DNA of 64,000 nucleotides from Prorocentrum cordatum. Lineage: Eukaryota. Where the stretch lies: the NCBI GenBank assembly GCA_963575745.1, contig CAUYUJ010000008.1:1-64000 (forward strand). The letters run 5' to 3'. The notes beneath the pieces were generated by a model. The model made no database searches, was not told where the DNA came from, and worked only from the letters and a program-made list of their open reading frames with translations. Shown one piece after another: positions 51,801 through 64,000 of the stretch. Every line of letters starts with the position of its first letter. Positions within the stretch are counted from its first letter, which is position 1. The position numbers and the translations under genes were made by a program.

Positions 51801-51822
51801 TCCATAGTCATAACGGCTCAAG
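51801..51822 (+). other. Relict dinoflagellate spliced leader
   Basis: TCCATAGTCATAACGGCTCAAG versus DCCGTAGCCATTTTGGCTCAAG: 17/22 ungapped matches, with the 3' GGCTCAAG intact. Confidence 0.6.
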
Positions 51823-53218
51823 GTCACACGACGCCCGACGGTTGCAAGTCGTTTCGCGGCGCTTACAGCGGCAGGGGGCGCACTGGAGCCAAGACGAACA
51901 ACTGCTTCTGCATTTGTGGCTCAACAAAGCCCCGCCGCGCGCCGCTGGCCCTGGACCTCCTTTTACACAGTCACGGGTGGCAGTGGGTCGCCGAAGCGAG
52001 CGAGCAGCTGGCCGAACACGAGGCATACGGCGACAAACGCAATGCTGCAAAGAGGCCACGCTGCTAGAGCTGCTCGGCCGAGCTCGCGCCAGCCGCCGCG
52101 GCAGCCCGGCCTTTCTCTGGGCCGTCGGGCGCAGGGTGGCGGGGCAGCAGGCCGTGCGGAAGGCACCGGCGGAGCTGGGCCACTTTTACGCCTCTGGCCA
52201 GGTGACGTCACCGTAGGGACTAAAGATAGGGTCACTGACTACCGAGGAAATTACCACCAGGCGTTGCAGGTGGGAGCGAATGCGAAAACCGCTGGACAGC
52301 GTGGCACAGAGAGCAGGGCCACAGAGGCGCGCGCGCGTGCCGTGGCTCGGGCCAGACGACCTCCTCCAGCTCGCACGCGCGCGGGGACCGAGCCCGCCAA
52401 GGGCCTCCTCGGCGCGGCGGGCGCCGCGGCAGGCCAGTCGGAGCCCAAGCCGCCGACCGCGGTGGTGGAAGAACCCTCCAGCAGGCGGCGATGCTGGCAG
52501 CAGCAGCCCAGAATCAAGAGCTGGAGCGACGAGGCCCTGTGCAGACACCGCCGAGAAGAGCGAGGATCTTCACAAAGCGCGCGCCGCCTGGGCCGACGCC
52601 GTCGGCCCTACTAGAGGCAAGGGTGGCGCAGCAAGGCGGAGCCGCCGCCGCAGCATCAACCTCTCGGGGCGCTCCTCGGCGAGAGCACAGTGGGCACGGA
52701 GCTCGAGCTGCTAGTCCTCGACGCCAAACTCTTCGACATGTCCGCCGTCAAGCAGCCTGAATACTTCGCCAAGCTCAAGGCCACTCTCGCCGGCTCCCTG
52801 CAGGCCGAGGTCAGGCGGCTGCTCGGGCCAGGCGCCGATCGGCTGCGGCAGCGCGAGGGGGCGTCCTGGGCAGCTGGGACGTCCGGCTCAGCGCGCAAGC
52901 TGTGAGCTGCAGTGCCCCACCGCCCTGTGCCCTACCAGAGGGCCGCGGCCGGGCGCAGCGCGGCTTCTGCAGAACCGCTCAGTGGCATCCGGTGACGGCC
53001 CCTGCCATGCCAATGCTGGTGCTGCCGCGGACTTTGCGGGGACGCGCACCGCAGAGTAGGGGTGCGCATGGACGGGCGCTTTGCCCTGTCGCTGGCGGCT
53101 CGAGAAGGGCCTGCCGCCAGGACGCTGGGTCGGGGGATCCGGGGCTGCTGGGGACGTGGCCACGCAGCGCACAGGGCTCCTTGGCGTCCAGCATTCCTCC
53201 TTGCACCGCGTTGCGGTG
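51823..53218 (+). pseudogene. Decayed coding-like remnant, possibly a LINE ORF1 with an N-terminal Cys finger
   Basis: PDGCKSF...TNNCFCICGSTKP directly follows the SL relic. A coding-like block ELELLVLDAKLFDMSAVKQPEYFAKLKATLAGSLQAEV lies downstream. The frame is interrupted. Confidence 0.35.
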
Positions 53219-54010
53219 AATCCCACCAGCCCTCTGGGCGCAGGTGGTCTAGAGCGTGTCCTTTTCCAACCTCCTTCCTTTCCCTGCTCGGGAGGTTTAC
53301 CTCCCCCCCCCCTCCCTGCGTCTGGACGGGCTCCGCCGCGATGTGGCAGAGGGTCCTTTTTGGTCCAAGATGGCTCCAAGAGGGCTTCAAAGAACGCAAG
53401 ATGGCCTCCAAGATGGTCCAAGATTGCGGTAGATGAATCAAAATAGCCTCCAACATACGTCCAAGAGGCCTCAAGACGGCCCCAAGACGGTTTCAAGTGC
53501 CCTCCGAGGCCTCCAGGGACCCCATCAAGAGGCCAAAATCTTTCAAAAACCCACAGAAAATCAATGTGGTTTACCTTCTCGCTTTTTCGCCTCCGATGGG
53601 CTCTTGAGGCCTCAAGACCAAGATGACCCAAGATAGCTCCAAGAGGGGCCCAAGAGGACCCCAAGACGGCCCCAAGAGCGCCCAAGAGCGCTCCAAGAGC
53701 GGCCCAAGAGGGACCCCAGAGGGCATTTTTGAGCCTCGAGGGGGCGATACAAATTAGAACCCCCCATCTTTTTGATCAATGCGGGCTAAGACTGCCCCAA
53801 GAGCCCAGACCACCTCCAAAAGCCCCAAGAGAGCCCCAAGACCCCCCAAAAGAGCCCCAAGAGGGCCCCAGGCAGGACGCCCCAAAAGAGCCCCAAGAGG
53901 GCTCCAAGAAGGCCCTTAGAGGACCTCACGAGAGCCCCAAGAAAGAGCTCCAGGAGGGCCCCAAGAGGACCTCAAGAGAATCCCAAGAGAGCCCCCAGAT
54001 GGCTCCAAGT
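53219..54010 (+). repeat. CCAAG/CCCCAAGA-rich dispersed repeat; related segments at about 44975-45640 (+), 55110-55620 (-) and 58760-58905 (-)
   Basis: Shared CCAAGACGGCCCAAGAG units and a GAGGCCAAAATC...TTTTCG block. The terminal motif AATCCCACCAGCCCTCTGGGCGnnGGTGGTCTAGAG at 53219 recurs inverted at about 58870-58906. Confidence 0.7.
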
Positions 54011-54228
54011 TTCGAAACGCACGCGAGTCTAAGATACAAATCAGTGCAACAGCCATTACGAGTCATCGAAACACCCTTCACCCCTCATCGAAGCACCATC
54101 GTAGCTTGCACCGATTTCCATCTTCAACTTCAATGCGGGAAACTATTTGTGCTCCTAGTTTTCCCGAAGACGGCTGCGCGACTACATGCGTCCTGCCACC
54201 CCTGATTCACCAACTCTCCTGCTTATCG

Positions 54229-54793
54229 TTTCTGGATGTGCTGGTGGGGATACGCGAAGCGTCCAGGATTGCATGCCGGATGGCGCTGGTCGGAGTCGAC
54301 CTGCCGACATCTGATTGCCAGTCCCTGCGGCAGCCTTTCCGGGGAGCTCGGGCATACAGTGCGCGGATCCCCACTGCTGCTGCTTCTCGCAAGGGTTCGC
54401 CAAGGCGGCTTGCGGGAGGGAGGCGGCTCGGTGACGGGAGGTCCTGTCCGTCGTCGGCCTCTCTGGCGGTTCGCCCCGGGGCAAACATGTAGTGGAATTC
54501 TCGCTAGCACCAGCGCGTGCTCCGTTTGCTGCTGCGGCTGGCAGATCTGCCGCCGCCGCCCTGTCGTGGGCTTCGGCGTTCCCTGTACTGACTTGGGGCC
54601 CAGATCGTGCCAACAGCTTGCGGTCTCCTCCTCGGCCGCCGCCCGCGCCCTCTCAGTCTGTACGTGTGTCTGCTTTGACTCGCCCGAGATGGTACCAGAT
54701 CTCACCTTACCTTATCTCCGCCTTTGGCCGAGGGCGTCCAGGTCAGAGGCAAATTCTAGACGCTTCGCGTATCCCCACCAGCCCGTCCAGAAA
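54229..54793. repeat. Inverted repeat pair, about 42-bp core
   Basis: TTTCTGGATGTGCTGGTGGGGATACGCGAAGCGTCCAGGATT (54229-54270) versus the reverse complement of 54752-54793, with 4 mismatches. Weaker similarity continues outward. Confidence 0.8.
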
Positions 54794-55697
54794 TGAGTCC
54801 CAGGGGAGTGCAGGTGATTTGGGAAGCGGGGGAGCATGCAGAAGAACAAAGGGCGGGGTAAGCCGCCATATACCCCAAGAGGGGGAGGACGTAGGAGGAG
54901 TCGTCGTCGTCGTCGGAGTAGGAGGAGGAAGAGGAGGAGCAGGAGGAGCAGGAGGAGGAGGAGGAGGAGGAGGAGGAGGAGGAGATGGAGGAGGGCGAGG
55001 ACGTGGAGGACGAGAAGGAGGAGCAGGAGAAGGAGGAGGAGGAGGAGAGGGAGGGGGGGGAGGAGGAAGAAAAAGAGGAGGAGGAGGAGGAGGAGGAGGA
55101 GGAGGACAATGGCGAGCTTGGGGGCCTCTTGGGCCGTCTTTGGGGCCTCTTGGCGGTCCCGGGGGCCTCTTGCGTATCTCGGGGAGTCTCTTGGGGCCTC
55201 TTGGGGGTCTCTTGGGAGCCTCTTGGAGGCCTCTTGGGCGCCTCTTGGGGCATCTTGGGGCCCTCTTGTGGCGCTCTTGGGGTGCTCTTGGGAGCCTTCG
55301 GGGCGCTCTTGGGGCCATGTTGGAGGAGATCTATCAAAGAAGGGGGGTGGTCAATTAGCGCTGCCCCTCTACAGTGCCTCGAATCGCCTCTTGGGCCCCA
55401 AAAGAAACCAAAATCCTTCCAAAACCTAAGGAAATCCATGTTTTTGCTGCTGTCTCGCCTTTTCGCTCTTGGAGCCGTCTTGGGCCATCTTGGACGCCCC
55501 GACGACCCGCGGAACGCTCCGTCCAGGTCCAGGGGAGGGGGTAGGGGGAGGGGTCAAGACCCCCTCCCCGCCCGCAAGCCGTCTCGCCCTCCCAAGAGCA
55601 TACCCGCCCTCCCAACACATACGTAGCACCCGAGTCTGGCCCGAGCCTGAGCATATTCAGCAGTCGTCTTTGGATGGGCAGCTGCTGGGGGCCAATC

Positions 55698-55729
55698 CGC
55701 CGCCGCCGCCGCCGCCGCCTCCGCCGCCC

Positions 55730-55766
<37 letters not shown>

Positions 55767-55972
55767 GCCCGGGCCCCCCCGGGCCCCCCGCCAAACCGTG
55801 CCCCGCCGCCGCCGGCCGCCTCCGCTGCCCGCCCCCGCCGCCGCAGCCGCCCGCCGCCGCCGCAGCCGCCGCAGCCGCCCGCCACGCCAACGCCACCGCC
55901 GCCGCCGCCGCCGCAGCCGCCGCAGCCGCCGCCGCCGCCGCCGCCGCAGCCGCCGCAGCCGCCGCCGCCGCC
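55698..55972. repeat. (GCC)n array
   Basis: Direct reading. Confidence 0.9.
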
Positions 55973-56196
55973 AAGTGTACTATGTATTGTTTGTTGACAG
56001 GGACGGTGGTGGGGGGGCCGCATCGGGTTGGCTGCGCATGTTCCGAATTTGAAGGCAGAGTGTGGTTTGCATTGTTACCTAACAGCGAAGACTGATGGGT
56101 TTCTAGTAGGGTCAAAAGAGAGCATCATGACGCCCCAGGGGGGTCTGGGCGCGATCCGGGGAAGTGCCGGGGATTTTTTGGTAGCCAACAGTTACA

Positions 56197-56540
56197 CACT
56201 TCGTGGTCTTCGAGGTCCCAGAACTCCATTCCCGGGCCACATTCTGAAGGCCCGGAGCCAACTGTAGGCCACTTCGTGGTCTTCGAGTTCCCAGAACTCC
56301 ACTCCCGGGCCACATTCTGAATGCCCGGAGCCAACTGTAGGCCACTTCGTGCTCTTCGAGTTCCCAGAACTCCATTCCCGGGCCACATTTTGGATGCCCG
56401 GAGCCAACTGTAGGCCACTTCGTGGTCTTCGAATTCCCAGAACTCCATTCCTGGGCATGATTTTGAATGCCCGGAGCCAACTGTAGGCCACTTCGTGTTC
56501 TTCTAGTTCCCAGAACTCCATTCCTGGGCCACATTTTGAA
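56197..56540. repeat. 73-bp tandem repeat, about 4.7 units
   Basis: Units start at about 56197, 56270, 56343, 56416 and 56489 (CACTTCGTGGTCTTCGAGTTCCCAGAACTCC...GCCAACTGTAGGC). Confidence 0.95.
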
Positions 56541-58575
56541 TGCTGAGGCAGGCTGATGCTGCGGCCGAGGCAGGCTGAGGCTGAGGCAGGCTGAGGCTGA
56601 GGCCGAGGCTGAAGGCAGACTGAGGCTGAGGCTGAAGCAGGCTGAGGCTGAGGCTGAGGCAGGCTGAGGCTGAGGCTGATGCAGGCTGATGCTGAGGCAG
56701 GCTGAGGCTGAGGCTGAGGCTGATGCAGGCTGAGGCTGAGGCAGGCTGAGGCTGAGGCCGAGGCTGAAGCCAGGCTGAGGCTGAGGCTGAAGCAGGCTGA
56801 GGCTGAGGCTGAGGCAGGCTGAGGCTGAGGCTGAAGCAGGCTGATGCTGAGGCAGGCTGAGGCTGAGGCTGAGGCTGATGCAGGCTGAGGCTGAGGCAGG
56901 CTGAGGCTGAGGTCGAGGCTGAAGGCAGACTGAGGCTGAGGCTGAAGCAGGCTGAGGCTGAGGCTGAGGCAGGCTGAGGCTGAGGCTGATGCAGGCTGAT
57001 GCTGAGGCAGGCTGAGGCTGAGGCTGAGGCTGATGCAGGATGAGGCTGAGGCTGGCTGAGGCTGAGGCCGAGGCTGAAGGCAGATTGAGGCTGAGGCTGA
57101 AGCAGGCTGAGGCTGAGGCCAGAGGCAGGCTGCGGCAGCGAGGCAGGCTGAGCGGAAGGCAGCCTGAGGCTGATGCTGAGCTGATGCAGGCTGAGGCACG
57201 AAGGAGGGCTGAGGCTGAGGCCGAGGCTGAAGGCAGACTGAGGCTGAGGCTGAAGCAGACTGAGGCTGAGGCTGAGGCAGGATGAGGCTGAGGCTGAAGC
57301 AGGCTGATGCTGAGGCAGGCTGAGGCTGAGGCTGAGGCTGATGCAGGCTGAGGCTGAGGCAGGCTGAGGCCGCAGGCTGAAGGCAAGATTGAGGCTGAGG
57401 CTGAAGCAGGCTGAGGCGACGCTGATGCAGGCTGAAGGCTGGAGCCGAGGCTGAGGCTGAGGCAGGCTGAGGCTGAGGCTGAGGCAGCTGATGCTAGAGT
57501 GCAGGCTGACTGATGTGAGGTCTGAAGCAGGCCTGAGGGCTGAGGCAAGGCATGCAGAGGCTTGAGGCAGAGGCAGGCCTGATGCTGAGGCAGCTGAGTC
57601 TTCGACGCTAGAATCACCCGTGAGCAGAGCAGGCTGAGGCTGAGGCCGAGGCTGAAGTCAGAACCTGTGTTGAGGCTGAAGGCAGGAGGCTGAGGCCGAG
57701 GCAAGGCTGAGGCTGAGGCAGGCTGAGCTCAGGCTGAGGCGGCTTAGGCCTCAAGCCGGTTGAGGCGGAGGCAGGCTCGGCTGAGGCTGAGGCTGAGGCT
57801 CATGCAGGGTGAGGCTGAGGCAGGCTGAGGCTGAGGCAGGCTGAGGCTGAGGCCGAGGCTGAAGGCAGACTGAGGCTGAGGCTGAAGCAGGCTGAGGCTG
57901 AGGCTGAGGCAGGCTGAGGCTGAGGCTTAGGCAGGCTGATGCTGAGGCAGGCTGAGGCTGAGGCTGAGGCTGATGCAGGCTGAGGCTGAGGCAGGCTGAG
58001 GCTGAGGCCGAGGCTGCAGGCAGACTGAGGCTGAGGCTAAAGCAGGCTGAGGCTGAGGCTGAGGCAGGCTGAGGCTGAGGCTGAGGCAGGCTGATGCTGA
58101 GGCAGGCTGAGGCTGAGGCTGAGGCTGATGCAGGCTGAGGCTGCGGCAGGCTGAGGCTGAGGCCGAGGCTGAAGGCAGACTGAGGCTGAGGCTGAAGCAG
58201 GCTGAGGCTGAGGCTGATGCAGGCTGAGGCTGAGGCAGGCTGAGGCTGAGGCCGAGGCCGACGGCAGACTGAGGCTGAGGCTGAAGCAGGCTGAGACTGA
58301 GGCAGAGGCAGGCTGAGGCTGAGGCTGAGGCAGGCTGATGCTGAGGCAGGCTGAGGCTGAGGCTGAGTCAGGCTGAGGCTGAGGCTGAGGCAGGCTGATG
58401 CTGAGGCAGGCTGAGGCTGAGGCTGAGGCTGATGCAGGCTGAGGCTGAGGCAGGCTGAGGCTGAGGCCGAGGCTGACGGCAGACTGAGGCTGAGGCTGAA
58501 GCAGGCTGAGGCTGAGGCTGAGAGGCAGGCTGAGGCTGAGGCTGAGGCTGAGGCAGGCAGGCTGAGGCTGAGGCT
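56541..58575. repeat. (GCTGAG)n/GCAG compound satellite with about 155-bp higher-order period
   Basis: The marker GCCGAGGCTGAAGGCAGACT and its variants recur near 56601, 56757, 56912, 57066, 57220 and 57852, 58006, 58162. Confidence 0.9.
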
Positions 58576-60477
58576 GTGACTGCGATTGCCGTTGCCACTG
58601 CGACTGCCATCGCGAATGCGACTACGACTGCGAGAACAGCAGAATTCTACAACAGGATTCTCATCTGAATCTTAAGGGGAATGCTTCCAGATATGCTCCT
58701 ACACATCGCTGTTAGGTTGATTTGCCGGGATATTTTTTACAAGGAATGGTGGGGGGGGGTGTCATGGACCCTGGTTGGCCCCCAGTCGCCTGGGGGAGGG
58801 AGTGTTTATTAATAGGGAACAGTGATAAACCCCTCCCCGAAGGGGAAGAAGGGGGTTGGCAGAGGAAACTCTCTAGACCACCGACGCCCAGAGGGCTGGT
58901 GGGATTGTCGCCATCGACTCCTCCCTACGCGGCGGCGCGCTGAGATCGCCTGGCTCAAGGCGACGCGCTCGGGCTTGCAGCGGCGCGAGATCGGCCCCGC
59001 CGGCGAGGGCGCGCGAGCCGAGCCCCCACCGCGGCAGCGGTGAAGCGGCCCCTGCTGCTGGCCACGCCCTGCCGCGGGCGGCCCCCAGACGCCAGGGCGG
59101 CGGAAGCGCCGGGCCGGGGCCGGGTGCACGGGAGCAGCCCGCGCGGAGCGCCGAAGAGCTGAGGCCACCGCAGCTCGCGCCGCAGGCCGCCCCCGCAGCG
59201 GGCCGCCGGCCCGCCCGCCGCGCCCCCGCAGCGAGGCCGCGGGCCGCCGCCGCGGGCGCTGCGCGGCGGAGCGTCGGGCGCATCCGCCGCGGCGAGCGCT
59301 GCTCGCACCTGGGGGCCCACGGAGGGCCCCGTGCGCGGGCGCGGGGGGGGGGCGGGCACCGTCCGCCGCGCGAGCGCCCGGCCCCCGCAGGAGCGCGGGG
59401 AGCACCGAGGCGCGATGACTCGGAGCGCGGGCACCGCGGCCGCCGCCTGCGGGCAAAGGAGCCGGCCCCCGCCCAGTGGGCAGCGCAGGCCAGGGCGCTC
59501 GGGCGTCCTCGGCGCTCTCGCCAGCTCGGGGGCTGGCCCAGAGACCAGCCCAGGGCCGCCCCAAGAGCAGGCCAAGACGACTCCGAGAGGACACTGGGGC
59601 CTCTTCCGGAGGGTTGTGGGACTCACCCTCGAGATCTCGCTCACGTGTTGCGTTCCGAAGGCGCCTGCCAATCAAAAACTCGTTCGGCGTGTCGGCTTGG
59701 GGACGGCTGAGCCCATGAGACCTTCCAGGATGGCCCCGGACGCATGCGACACTCCTAGGACTCTGAGGCGGCCTCGTGACAGTTCCAGGCCAGTCCAAGA
59801 GGTCTCGAAGACAGTCCAGGACTGTCCAAGGCTGCTTTTGCGCTCCTCCAGATGGCCGCCGAGACCTTCCAAGATGGCCACAAGATAACAACAGGCCCAC
59901 ACAACAGGCCCTCGACCGCCTTCTAGAAGCCCCCAGGATACGGAGCAGAAGCAGCAGCAGCCAGACGAGCAGCAGCAACTCGTTCTACTACATCCTCCCA
60001 CCTCCTCCTCCTCCTCCTCCTCCTCCGCCTCCTCCTCCTCCTCCTCCTCCTCCTCCTCCTCCTCCTCCTCCTCCTCCTCCTCCACCTCCTCTGGGGGTCA
60101 TGCCAGAGCTCTCCTGGACTCCACCCTCGACATATGTAGATGGCTGACCCTACGAGTCTTGCAGGGTCTCGACCCCACCCCTCTCGCGATCCACCCAACG
60201 CAGCGAAGCCCAGAGCAGCAGAGAGCCCTTCTCGCGTTGCCCCCCTCGCTCTGCAATTACAGGAGCACTGGACTTGTGTTAGACCGGGACCTTCTGCTAT
60301 TTGAGGGGCATCGGGGACTACCTTTTCCGGCCGCACCACGACATAGCACATCCGTGAAGCAACCATGTGAGCAATGCCAAAGCCTGCCACTTGCGGGCAT
60401 TGGGGCTGCGCCACAGCACCGTTGTGCCCAGCCTTGTCTTCTTGCGCACACGAGCGCTTCTGGAACGACCGAGGCGC

Positions 60478-60634
60478 CAGACGCCAGGTAGAGGAGGCCC
60501 CCGGCACTGCCCGTCCCGTAGCTGTAGGTCTTGCCGTTCGTCGCAGCGACCGCCTGCTGCATCGCCGCGCCCAGCTCGTCGATCGCGGCCTTCCTCGGGT
60601 GGTCCGTCTCGGTGTAGGCCCAGGGCCCGAGGAT
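60478..60634 (-). CDS. Exon A: M14 carboxypeptidase, segment from just after the HSYxQ motif to the Tyr248 loop
   Basis: Encodes ILGPWAYTETDHPRKAAIDELGAAMQQAVAATNGKTYSYGTGSAGGLLYLAS, which parallels the carboxypeptidase A pattern YPYGYT...GTSYKYG...IYQASG. Ends TCT G|GC (phase 1, GC donor). The 5' boundary is uncertain because there is no AG immediately upstream. Confidence 0.85.
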
Positions 60635-60684
60635 CCGCCGCCCCCCAGCTGCCCAGGGGATCGCTGGGGCACGCCCTCCCCCAC

Positions 60685-64000
<3,316 letters not shown>

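Noticed and set aside
51909..51925. Second SL relic (CATTTGTGGCTCAAC)
   Set aside because: Needs a gap and a mismatch, and coincides with the CICGST codons; ambiguous.
56197..56540. CRISPR-like or tRNA-like 73-bp array
   Set aside because: No spacers, and no recognisable cloverleaf or T-loop motif.

Overview
Eukaryotic, GC-rich and very repeat-rich DNA, most consistent with a dinoflagellate such as a Prorocentrum-like species (inferred from GC-AG introns, spliced-leader relics and giant introns). Almost all ORFs in the supplied track are artefacts of trinucleotide arrays. Read by hand, the window lies inside one minus-strand gene. Six short exons (564 nt, 188 aa) spread over about 54.5 kb splice in frame into the C-terminal part of an M14 zinc carboxypeptidase, a Pro/Thr linker, a Cys-containing propeptide with an R|IVNG activation site, and the start of an S1 (trypsin-family) serine protease. 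All six inferred donors are GC and the introns are 6-14 kb. The introns contain two decayed LINEs with RT-CCHC-RNase H order (one with a recognisable APE domain) plus an RNase H remnant, a CRE-like RT/RLE fragment, two MITEs with 8-bp target-site duplications, relict dinoflagellate spliced-leader sequences ahead of ORF1-like remnants, several minisatellites and multi-kb (CTA)n, (CGA)n, (CAT)n and (CCT)n arrays. There is one 100-N gap. No rRNA, tRNA or CRISPR array was found. Family assignments come from motif recognition by eye; no database searches were run.
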